Below, piece by piece: positions 36,001-48,000 of a DNA stretch of 64,000 nt; the stretch's first letter is position 1, and every line of letters begins with the position of its first letter. The translations under genes and the position numbers were made by a program. The notes beneath the pieces are model-generated. The model had not been told where the DNA came from. It worked only from the letters and a program-made list of their open reading frames with translations, and searched no databases. Origin of the DNA: Amoebophrya sp. A120 (lineage: Eukaryota > Protista > Dinoflagellata); assembly GCA_905178155.1 (NCBI GenBank), contig CAJINV010000013.1, positions 1,802,281 through 1,866,280 on the forward strand, given 5' to 3'.

Positions 36001-39000
36001 TCTCCGCCCTGGGGAAGGTGAAGCTCGGCGCCGATGTGAGCATCCAGCGTGCCGTCGGAGTCGCCAGCTCGCTGTCCCTGCGGTCCTTCGCTCGGTTCGG
36101 TGAGAACATCTCCATCCTGAGCTTCGCGCAGATGGGCAGCAGCTTCAGTGTCCGGTCCATGTGCCTGATCGGCAGCGGCTTGTCCTGCTTCGGAAAGATC
36201 CTGACCGGTGAGAAGGCCAAGGTGTCCGTTATGAACGAGATCCTGCTCGGATCCTGCCTGTCCCTGCGCACCACCGCGCGCTTCGGCAGCAGTCTGTCCG
36301 TGCTCGACTTCACCAACCTCGGATCTTCCTTCTCGGTGCGCGCAGCCTCGCGGTTCGGCAGCTCCGTGTCGCTCTTCGGCTGCTGCCGCCTGAGAAACAC
36401 ACTGTCCGTCGTGGCCGCCGTGAACTTCGCGTCGTCCATGTCTGTCCGCGTGTACACGAAGCTCGGCGCTCACTTCAGCGTCGTGAACTTCGCCAACTGC
36501 GGCAGCAGCATCTCCCTCCGGAACTTCATGCGGCTGGGCAGCAACCTGTCCGTCCGGGGGGGAACCAGTTCCGCCAGCTGCATCTCCGTCCGCGCGTTCG
36601 CGCGACTGGGTAGCAGCCTGTCGGCATTCAGTGCAGTGAATGTAGGCGACACACTGTCTATTCTGAACTTCTGCACGCTCGGGAGCAGTATCTCTGTCAG
36701 AATGGCTGCGAGGTTTGGGGCTCAACAATCTCTCTGCGACGCCATCACCCTTACCTCCTCTCTATCCCTCCGCGCCTACGCGCGGTTCGGTTCGGGAGTG
36801 AGCGTGCTTGGACGCACGAGATTCGGCGCCAACCTGTCCACGCTGGATCACGTGGCGCTCGCGTCGACGGTGTCGGTCCGCTCGTTTGTGCGGTTCGGTG
36901 ACAAGGTTTCCGTCATGGACTTGTTGAACATCGGTTCCAGCTGCAGTATTCGCGCGACGGTGCGTGGGCAACAACTGTCGATCTTCAACTTCGTCAACCT
37001 CGGGTCCGCGGTGTCCGTGCGCAACATGGTCCGGATCGGCTCGGGCATGAGCGTGTTCTCCGCTACGAAGATCGGCTCGTCTGTGTCCGTCCTGTCCTTC
37101 CTGAACTGCGCGTCCAGCGTGTCGCTCCGCGCGTTCGGCCGGTTCGGCGCGAACCTGTCCGTGATGGACTTCGTCAGCCTCGGCTCGACCCTGTCCTTCC
37201 GCACGGTCGCCCGCGTCGGCTCCGCCTGCAGCATCTTCAGCAAGGCGAGCTTCGGCTCCAACCTGTCGGTGCTGGACGCCTCGCAACTGGGCTCCGCGCT
37301 GTCGATCCGGTCGTACGCCAGAATCGGCTCGGCGTTCACCTGCTTCAGCCGCACGAGACTCGGCGGCTTGTTCTCCGTGCTGGACGCGACGCAACTCGGA
37401 TCGACGCTGTCGCTCCGCGCCCGCGGCCAGATCGGCGGTCGCGCGTCGTGCTTCGACTTCCTGAACCTGGGTTCGACTTTGTCCGTTCGTGGCTTCGTCC
37501 GGATGGGCTCTAGTCTGTCCGTTGTCGGCGACGTCCGGCACGACGGAACGCACATGGCCACCACCGGTACGTTCAGCGTCGGCAACATCAGCAACCTGGG
37601 CGGGTCCGCGTCCGTCTACCTGTTCGCGAATCTCGGCAGCTCGCTCTCCGTGCGCTCGTTCGCGCGCATGAGCAACACGTGCTCGGTGCTGGACATGACG
37701 AATCTGGGCAGCGCTCTGTCGTTGCGTAACTTCATGCGGATCGGGTCCGGTCTGTCCATCTACGGCGAGCAACGCGCGGGCGGCCAGCTGTCCGTGCTCT
37801 CGCACGTGCACCTCGGTAGTTCCATGTCGCTCCGCGGCCGCAACTTCCGCTGCGGCGACCAGATGAGCGTGTTGGACGCGGTGACCCTCGGGTCGTCGCT
37901 TTCCCTGCGCACCATGGCGCGGTTCGGCGAGAACTTGTCTGTTTTATCTTTCGTGAACATGGGCTCTTCTCTCTCCGTCCGCCAATTCGCCCGTGCGGGT
38001 AGCAGCTTCAGCATCGCGGGTGCGGGCAGCATTCGCGGCGCACTGTCGCTGCTGCAACAGTACGAGGTCGGCAGCTCGCTGTCGCTCCGCGCGTTCGTGC
38101 GCGTCGCGCAGAACATCTCCGTTCTGAACTTCGTGCAGGCGGGCTCGTCCATGTCGGTCCGGAACTACGTCCGAATCGGCAGTTCCATGTCGGTGTGCAA
38201 GCGCGCGATCCTGAACAGCCAATTGTCCGTTCTCGGCATGGTGAACCTGAGTTCCAGCTTGTCCATCCGCGGCATCAAGATGGAGTGCGGGGGACGAACG
38301 TCGATTCTCGCGTTCGCGCAGTTCGGTTCCAGCCTGTCCGTCCGCGCGGTCGGCCGGATCGGCTCCGCTCTGTCGGTGCTGAACTTCACGACGATCGGAA
38401 GTTCGGTGTCCGTCCGCAGCACGGTCCGACTCGGCTCGCGGTTGTCCACACTGGACTACTTGCACATGGGCTCGAGCGTGTCTCTTCGCTGCGCCGCGAA
38501 CTGCGGGGAGAAGTTCTCGATCCTCAGCTTCGTGAACATGGGAAGCTCCTTGTCCCTCCGAAACTTCTGCCGCGTCGGATCCACCCTGTCCGTCCACGGC
38601 AAGTTCATGGTCGGCAGTTTGATGAAGCTCTCGGTCATCGATCGCGTGCAGCTCGGAAGCGCTCTGTCCCTCCGGTCCATGGCGCAGCTCGGCTGCCACG
38701 CCTCGATGCTGGACTTCGTGAACCTGGGCTCCAGCCTGTCGGTGCGGAACTACATGCGCATCGGAAGCAGTCTTTCCGTCGTCTCGAAGGCGCGGTGCGG
38801 CTCTCGGTTCTCGACTCTGGACCACCTGCAGCTCGGCAGCTCGCTGTCCGTCCGCTCGATGGTCCGCGTCGGGGACGCGACCTCGATCTTGAGCTTCGGC
38901 CAACTCGGAAGCAGCGTTTCTCTGCGGTCGATCATGCGGACCGGCTCTGCGGTGTCGGTCTTGAACTTCGTGGCGTTCGGCTCGAGCCTGAGCTTGCGCG

Positions 39001-42000
39001 CGGCGAGCAGACTCGGATCTGCGATCAGTGTATTCGCGGAAACGCAGTTTGGCGGATTCCTCTCGGTGATGGAGAACATGGAGCTGGGCAGCTCGCTGTC
39101 CGTCCGCCAGTTCGCCCGACTGGGGTCCACCAGCTCGGTGCTGCGCTTCGTGCACTTGGGCAGCAGCCTGTCGGTGCGGTCCCGGACTGAGTTCGGCTCC
39201 AACTGCAGCGTCTTCAGCTTCTTCAACTTGGGAAGCAGCGTGAGTCTGCGGGCGATGACACGATGTGGTTCCATCGCGTCGGTGCTGGACTTCGTCAACA
39301 TGGGCTCGTCCATCAGCGTGCGTCAGTACGCCCGCTGCGGATCGGGCGTGAGCGTGACTGGCTTGCTCCGGGTGGGTTCCTGCCAGGTGCTCTCCGTGAT
39401 CCGCTCCACCACGCTCGGCAGCAGTATGTCGCTCCGCGGATTCGCCCGGTGCGGATCGTCCTTGTCGCTCCTCGACTTCGCGGCACTCGGGTCCTGCCTG
39501 TCTGTCCGTGATTTCACCCGACTGGGCTCCAGCGCGTCCGTGTTCGGAAAGATGCGGCTTGGCGAGTCGATGTCGGTCATGGACGCGACCACCATGGGAT
39601 CCAACCTGTCCCTCCGCTCCATGGTCCGCATGGGAAGCGCTTTGTCGGTCTTGAACTTCGTGCATCTCGCGTCCTCCTGCTCCGTCCGACAGTACTGCCG
39701 GGTCGGCTCCTCGGTGTCGATCTTCAGCAGCACCCGGTTCGGCAGCTCCTGCTCGATCCTGGCGCAGATGGAGCTCGGCAGCAGCATCAGTCTCCGGTCC
39801 ATGGCGCAGCTCGGAAAGCAACTCTCCGTCCTGGACTACGTGCATTGCGGTTCGACCATCTCGCTTCGCAGCTCCATGCGGTCCGGCAGCAGTCTGAGCT
39901 TGCTGAACTTCTGCCACATGGCGAGCGCGCTGTCCCTGCGCAACTTCAGCAGGTTCGGCTCCTCGCTGTCCGCCACGGGCCAGGGCCGAATCGGTGGCGA
40001 TCTGAGCATCCTCTCGCACGTCAGACTCGGTTCGTCGCTCTCGCTCCGGAGTGTCTTCCGCTCGGGCACGCACGCGAGCGTGTTGGACTTCGTCCACCTG
40101 GGAAGCAGTCTCTCCGTGCGCCAGTACGCTCGGTGCGGCTCCACCGTCTCCGTCTTTGGCCTGGCCCGCGTCGGCAGCGCGATGTGCTTGTCGGTGATCG
40201 GATGCACGGTCTGCGGTAGCAGTCTGTCCGTCCGAAGTTACGTCCGCTGTGGCGACAGCCTGTCCGGTCTGAACTACGTCACGCTCGGGTCCGCGCTGTC
40301 CGTCCGCGGCTTCGCGCGACTCGGCAGCGGATTCAGCATCTACGGGCAGGCGGAATTCGGCGCCAGCGTGTCCGTCCTCGACGCGGCGTACCTCGGCAGC
40401 TCGGTCTCCGTCCGCATGGTCACCCGACTGGGCGGCCGCGTGTCCGCCTTGGACTTCGTCAACCTCGGGTCTAGTCTTTCCATGCGCTCGCTGGCGAGAC
40501 TGGGATCCCGCCTCTCCGTGTCGGAGTTCGTGCAGATGGGATCGAGCTTGTCCCTGCGGCAGTTCATCCGTGCCGGCTCCGGGTTGAGTGTGTTCGGTCT
40601 GATGAACGTCGGGTCCGTGAAGCAGTGCTCGGTGATCGGCATTGTCAGCCTCGGGTCCACGTGCAGTCTGCGCCAGACGTGCCGCGTGGGCTCAAAGTTC
40701 AGCGTGCTCGACTTCGTGAACCTCGGCTCCGCACTGTCCATCCGGCAGTACGCCCGCTGCGGGTCCGGCTGCAGCATTCACGGCCTGACGTACCTGGGTA
40801 GTTGCTTCAAACTGTCCATGGTCGACGCCTTGACGATCTCCTCCTCCATGTCGCTCCGCTCCGTCGCGCGATGCGGCTCGGCGGTCAGTGTGCTGAACTT
40901 CGGACACATGGGCTCCAGCCTGTCCCTCCGGTCGCAAGGTCGGTTCGGCTCCATGCTCTCTGTGTTCCAGTTCGTGCATTTGGGAAGCAGTTTGTCATTA
41001 CGCGCCCCGGTGAAGTTCGGCAACGAGGTCTCCGTGATCCACTTCGCATCGATCGGTAGCAGCCTGTCGCTGCGCAACGTCGCGAAGTGCGGCTCGAGCT
41101 TCTCGGTGATTGACTTCACGAACCTGGGATCGACCTTGTCTGTCCGCCAGTACGCGCGGTTCGGCAGCTCGCTCTCCGTGCACGGCATCTTCAAGTGCGG
41201 CTCGATGCACTGCGCATCCGTGATGGGCTTCCAGCACTTGGGATCGTCCTGCAGTGTCCGGTCTTACGTCCGACTGGGTTCCGCCTTGTCCCTGCTCGAC
41301 TTCGCGTGCATGGGCTCCGCGGTCAGCATGCGCGGTACGTCGAGACTGGGCTCTAGTTGCAGCGTGATGTCGCGTGTCCGCCTCGGCAACGTGCTGTCGA
41401 TCTTCGACGCCACGGCGCTCGGAAGCGCACTCTCCGTCCGTACGTTCGCCCGCTGCGGTTCCGCGATCTCCATCCTGGACTTCGGGCACTGCGGCAGCTC
41501 GGTGTCCCTCCGCTCCACGACGCGCCTGGGCAGCCAGGCCTCGTTGCTGCAGTTCGTGTCCCTCGGCTCCAGCATCAGTCTCCGCAGCTGCGCGCGCCTC
41601 GGCTCCACGCTGTCCGTGCTGAACTTCGTCGAGATCGGCTCTGCCGTGTCCGTGCGCCAGTTCATGCGGCTGGGCAGCTCGCTCTCCGTGCACGGCGTGT
41701 TCATGGTGGGTTCCGCCGCGAAGCTCTCCGTGCTGGGAAGCGTCATCCTCGGATCCAGCGTGAGTCTCCGCCAGGTCACCAAGTTCGGCTGCATGCTCTC
41801 CGTGCTGGACGCGGTGCACTGCGGCTCGAGTCTCTCCCTGCGTCAGTACCTGCGGCTGGGTAGCAGCATCTCCGTTCACGGCAAGACGCGCATCTCGGGC
41901 GAATTGAGCGTGTTGGAGCGCGTGCAGCTGGGCAGCGCCCTGTCGTGCCGCTCCACCGCCAGACTGGGATCGAACATGTCGACCCTGAACTTTGTGCACC

Positions 42001-45000
42001 TCGGCTCTAGCATCTCCGTCCGGTCCTTCGTCCGCATGGGATCGAGCCTCTCCTGCCACACGACCTTGGCGTGCAAGAACATCCGGAAGTTGTCGGTGGT
42101 CGAGATCACGGTTCTGGCTTCCTCCATGTCCGTCCGGTCCTTCACCCGGTTCGGGTCCGCGTGCAGCGTCCTCGACTACGTCACCATCGGTTCCTGCCTG
42201 TCGCTCCGCGACTTCGCAAGAATTGGCTCTGGCTTCTCCGCGGTCGGCAAGGTCCGCATTGGCAAGCAGCTCTCGATGATGCAGGCCATGCACCTTGGTT
42301 CCAACTGCTCGTTGCGCAGCATGGCACGGTTCGGGTCCGCGGTGTCCATCCTCGACTACGTCACGCTCGGCAGCAGCATCTCGCTCCGCCAGTTCTCCCG
42401 CATGAGCAGTGGCATGAGTGTGTTGGGCAATCTGATGACGGGTGGCAAGCGCATGAGCATCATCGACATGCTGGAGATCGGTTCCACCATGTCGCTGCGG
42501 TCCATGGTCCGCTTCGGGTCCTGCATGAGCGTGCTGGACTACACGAACCTAGCGTCCTCTTTGTCAATCCGGACGTACACCAGATTGGGCTCCAGCCTGT
42601 CCGTAACGTCCGGTTCCTGCCGCGTCGGCGGCCGCATGTCCATCATGGACCAGTTGAACCTGGGCAGCAGCTTGTCCTTCCGCAGCTTCGCCCGCATGGG
42701 CCAGCAACTGTCCGTTCTTGATGCCACGAACCTCGGGTCCGCGCTGTCCGTTCGCCAGTTCGTCCGCGTGGGCTCGAGCATGAGCGTGAAGGGCATGTGC
42801 GCAGTCGGCTCGGCGCTCAACGTGTCCGTGATCCAGTGGGTCCGCCTCGGGTCCTCGCTCAGTCTGCGCGCGCACGCCAGACTGGGCTCCGGGTTGTCCG
42901 TGCTGAACTTCGCGCAGCTGGGCTCGTCGTGCAGCATTCGGCAGTTCATCCGGTCGGGCAGCGCGATGTCGGTGTTGAGCAACGCCCGCGTCGGCGGCAG
43001 CATCTCCATCCTGCAATGCAGCAATCTCGGGTCCAGCCTGTCCGTCCGGGGGACTTCCCGGTTCGGGTCGAAGGCGTCCGTCTTCGACTTCCTGCACTGC
43101 GGCTCCACGTTGTCCATCCGCGGCTACGTCCGAGTTGGCTCGATGGTGTCCGTGCTCGGCTGCCTGCGGTTCGGATCCGTCCACGACCTGTCCGTCGGCC
43201 AGCAGACGCAGATGGGCGCGAACCTGTCCGTCCGCGGCACGACCTTCGCCGGCAGCATGCTGTCGGTGTACGACTGCGTGCTGGGTGGTAGCGGTTTGTC
43301 CGTGAGGCACTTTACCAGACTGGGTTCCAGCCTGACCGTGTTCGACTTCGTCACGCTCGGGTCCACCATGTCGCTGCGTTCGTACATGCGGATGGGTAGC
43401 GGGTTGGAGATCTTCGGAACTCTGAACTTGCCGCTTTCCGTCTCGATCCAGAAGTACGTGAACATCGGTTCCAGTCTGTCCGTCCGGTCCTTCATGCGGG
43501 TCGGCGGCGGTCTCTCCGTGTTCGACTACTTCAACGTGGGGAGCAGCTGCTCGTTGCGCAACTTCGCGCGGTTCGGCTCGTCGTGCTCCGTCCTCGGCAG
43601 TATGACCGCGGGGCAGAACACCAGTGTCGCTTCGTACGTGACCGTCGGATCCACGTTGAGTCTCCGTTCCTTCGCGCGCGTCGGGGCCAATCTCTCCGTG
43701 TTCGACTTCACGAACCTGGGCTCGTCCCTGTCGGTGCGTTCCGTCGCCCGGCTGGGGTCCGCGTGCTCGATTCTGGGAAACTTGAAGGTCGGGGACCGCT
43801 TCAGCATCGTGAACTCGGTGACGCTCGGCTCCGCACTTTCCATCCGCAGATTCAGCCGGTTGGGCGGAAAGCTCTCCGTGGTTGACTACCTACACATGGC
43901 GTCTGCTCTGTCGCTCCGATCGTGCATGCGCGTCGGTTCCGCGATGTCGATCCTGAACTTCATGGGCTTCGGTTCCGCGGTCTCCCTGCGCAACTACTGC
44001 CGAGTCGGCAGCGGGTTCTCGCTGTACGGCAAGGTGACGCTGGGCTCCAGCGCCTCTATCGTTGACTACGCCAATGTCGGCTCCGCCATGTCGCTCCGCG
44101 GGTTCACCAGGTTGGGCTCGTCTTTGTCCATCTTCAGTGGCAGGACGCGTCTCGGTGGCGAACTGTCCGTGATGATGCAGTGCGCGGTCGGCAGCTCGAT
44201 GTCGCTGCGATCGCACTGCCACATGGGTAGCAATATGAGCGTGCTGGACTTCGTCGCGATCGGATCGGTTTTGTCTATCCGGCAGTACTTCCGTTGCGGC
44301 TCCAGCTTCTCCGCAACCGGCCTCGGACGCGTCGGCGCCCGGATGTCGGTTTTGGATGCGGTCTACATGGGCTCGTCTCTCTCCCTGCGCAGCTACTGTC
44401 GCGTGGGCGGGGAGATGTCGGTGATTGACTGTGCCCACATCGGGTCCAGTCTCTCCGTCCGGTCGATTTGCCGCCTGGGTTCCGCGCTGTCCACGATCGA
44501 CTTCACCAACGTCGGCAGCAGCGTGTCCCTCCGCACGTTCGCCCGACTCGGCAGCGCGTTCAGCGTGGTCGGCCCGCACAGCCGCTGTGGCGGGGCCTTG
44601 TCCGTGCTGGACGCGACGCACCTCGGCAGCTCGGTGAGTATCCGGTCGATGGTGAGGCTCGGCCAGAAGATGTCCACCTTCGACTACTTCCATTGCGGCA
44701 GCAGCATGAGCTTGCGTAGCTACGTCCGCCTCGGGTCGAACCTGTCCATGCTGGACATGGTCACGTTCGGGTCGACGTTGTCCATCCGGGGGGTTTCCCG
44801 TCTCGGTTCCTCCGCCAGCGTGCACGGTCTGACCCGCGTCGGCAGTCTCTGCAGCATGAGCGTCTTGCGGTTCGTCCACCTGGGCTCCAGCTTGTCCATG
44901 CGCAGCTCGAACCGCCTCGGCAGCTGCCTGTCCGTGCTGTCCTTCGCATCGATCGGGTCGTCGACCAGTCTGCGGTCCTTCAGCCGCGTGGGGTCCGCGT

Positions 45001-48000
45001 TGTCCGTCTTAGACTTCGCCTGCTGCGGCAGCAACCTGTCGATCCGGTCCGCAGTCCGGCTCGGTAGCAGTTTGTCCGTCGCCAAGGTCACTTGCTTCGG
45101 CTCGCTGTTCGCGCTCTCCGTGTTCGGCAGCGTGGAATTAGGGAGCAGCTTCTCCGTCCGCGCCCGCTCCAGCATGGGGGCGTCCTGCTCGGTGTTCAAC
45201 TTCGTGCAGCTCGGCAGCGGGTTGTCTATCCGCAGCTTCGCCAGGTTCGGCTCGACTTTATCCGTCTGTGGCTTGACCGCTGTGGGCTCCATGTCCGCGG
45301 TGTCCGTCATCGACAAGGTGAACCTCGGTTCCAGCCTCTCGCTGCGCACCGTCGCGAGACTCGGGTCCCGGGCGTCCGTGCTGAACTTCATGCACCTCGG
45401 CAGCAGCATGTCGCTGCGGTCCCTGGCCCGCCTGGGCTCGTGCGCGTCGATTCTGGACTCCGTTTCGCTCGGGAGCTCGCTGTCGCTGCGCAACTTCTCC
45501 CGCGTCGGCTCGGGCTTCTCCGTGTTCGGCAAGGCGTCCATGGGCAACACGATGAGCATCCTGCAGCAGCTCGAGATGGGCAGTTCCCTGTCCGTCCGCA
45601 GCTACACGAGACTCGGGTCGGCGATCAGCTGCATGGACTTCGCGCTCATCGGCTCTACCTGCTCGATTCGCCAGTACCTCCGCATCGGCTCGACATTGTC
45701 TGTCCACGGCGCGATGCAGGTCGGGTCGGCTTTGAAGCTGTCCGTGATGGCGGTCTCCAACCTCGCCTCCGCTATGTCGCTCCGGTCCTTCACGCGCGTC
45801 GGCAGCAACATTTCGGTGCTGGACTTCACCAGCCTCGGCAGCGTTCTGTCGTGCCGCGCTTTTGCGCGTATCGGCTCGGCGTGCAGCGTGTACGGCGGAT
45901 TCAACATCGGCAACAAGGGGGCTTTGTCTGTGATGGACTCGGTCTGCCTGGGCAGCTCGCTGTCCATCCGCGCGCAGTTCCGCCTGGGCTCCATGTGCTC
46001 GATTGTGGATTTCTTCACGCTCGGCTCCTCGGTGTCCATCCGCGGCCACGCGAAGATCGGCTCGTACAGCTCGGTGCTCGGCTTCCACAGCGTCGGCAGC
46101 AGCTTGTCGCTGCGGTCGCTCGCCCGTGCGGGTGACAAATTGTCCGTCTTCAACATGGTCAATCTCGGAAGCGCCCTGTCCATCCGCGCGTACTCGCGTC
46201 TCGGCTCGGACTGCTCTATCGCGAAGTCTGCTCGGGTCGGGGAGGCGCTCTCCATCCTGCAGTACGTGTCTCTCGGGAGCACGATTTCGCTCCGCGGCAC
46301 GCGCAGCCAGATGGGTGGGTCGGCGTCCGTCCTGAACTTCGTGAACACGGGATCCTCGATCTCCATCCGCAGCTACGCGAGGCTTGGGTCGTCCCTGACG
46401 GTGTGCGGCCTGACCGCGATTGGCTCGTGCCTGAAGCTGTCCGTCATCCAGGCCATGGTCCTCGGCTCCAGCCTGTCGCTCCGGTCCTACGCCCGCTGCG
46501 GCAGCTGCGCGTCCGTGTTGAACTTTGTGAACATGGGTTCCGCGCTCAGTGTCCGCCAGTTCCTCCGCTGCGGCTCGTCCGTGTCCGTGGAGGAAGCGCA
46601 ACGCGTCGGTGCTAGACTGTCCGTCCTTGACTTCCTGAACCTCGGATCGACGTGCTCGCTCCGCAGCATGGCAAAGGTGTCTGGCACCTTGTCTCTGCTC
46701 GACTTTGTCGCGTTCGGCAGCAGCATGTCGCTGCGCAACATGGCGCGGTGCGGATCCATGATGTCCGTCCTGGACGCGGTGGCGCTCGCGTCGTCCTTGT
46801 CGCTGCGTGGCGCCGCGATCCGACTCGGCTCCAACATGAGCATCATCAGCTTCGCGCAGATGGGCTCCACGTTGTCCGTCCGCTCGTTCATACGAATGGG
46901 TAGCAACCTGTCCGTCAAGGGTGCGGGTCGGTTCGGCAACTTGGCCAGAATCTCGCTCGTGGACAAAACGCACATGGGATCCAGCTTGTCGCTGCGGTCC
47001 TACGCGCGTCTCGGTGGCGAACTGTCCGTGATTGACTTCGTGCACGCCGCGTCGTCGCTCTCTCTGCGGTCGTACGCGCGCTTCGGAAGCTCGCTGTCCG
47101 TCCAGTGCGGCTCGCGGGTCGGCGCGGAACTGTCCATCCTGCATTCGCTGCAGGTCGGTAGCACCATGTCGATGCGGTCGCACAGCAAGCTGGGCGCCAC
47201 GATGTCGGTGTTGGACTTCGTCCACCTGTCCTCCGCGATTTCGGTGCGGAACTTCATCCGCCTCGGGTCCACGGCCAGCATCCACGGCTTGACGGCGGTT
47301 GGCTCCGTGCAGAAGCTCTCCATCCTCGATGCGGTCGCCTTCGGTTCCTCCATGTCCTTGCGCATGATGGCGCGGTTGAGCGGCAGCCTGTCCGTGTTGG
47401 ACGCGGCGTTGTTCGGCAGTTCGCTGTCTATCCGCAACATGGTTCGGGTCGGCGCGAAGGCGAGTGTGGTCGACTTCTTCGCTCTGGGCAGTGGTCTGTC
47501 CCTCCGCAGCTTCGCTCGGTTCGGCAGCGGCATGAGCGTGCAGGGCGACGCCAGAGTCGGCATGCACCTGTCCGTGTTGGAAAGAACCGCGTTGGGCAGC
47601 AGTCTGTCGCTGCGCTCCATGGCAAGACTAGGCTCCCGGGCGTCGATCCAAGACTTCACGCTTCTCGGCTCGTGCCTGTCGCTCCGCACCTTCGCGCGGT
47701 TCGGCAGCAGCTTGAGCGTTGTTGGTGAAACGTACCTCGGGTCCGTGCACAGCATGTCCGTGATGAAGTGCTTCCACATGGGCAGCTCGCTCTCCGTCCG
47801 CAGCGTCGCGCGCTTCGCCTCGATGTGCTCGGTGCTGGACAACACGACGCTCGGCTCGTGCTTGAGCCTGCGTGCGGTGTGCCGCCTTGGCAGCAGCATG
47901 TCCGTTGCGGGGCAAGGCAAGTTCCGCGGCGCGAACAGTGTGTTGCAATTTGTCACCTTGGGTAGCTCGATCTCGATCCGCACGATCGTTCGCCTTGCGT

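Noticed and set aside
36556-36562. G7 homopolymer as a slippage or phase-variation site
   Set aside because: Short, explained by cgg ggg gga (Arg-Gly-Gly), with frame and repeat register intact on both sides.
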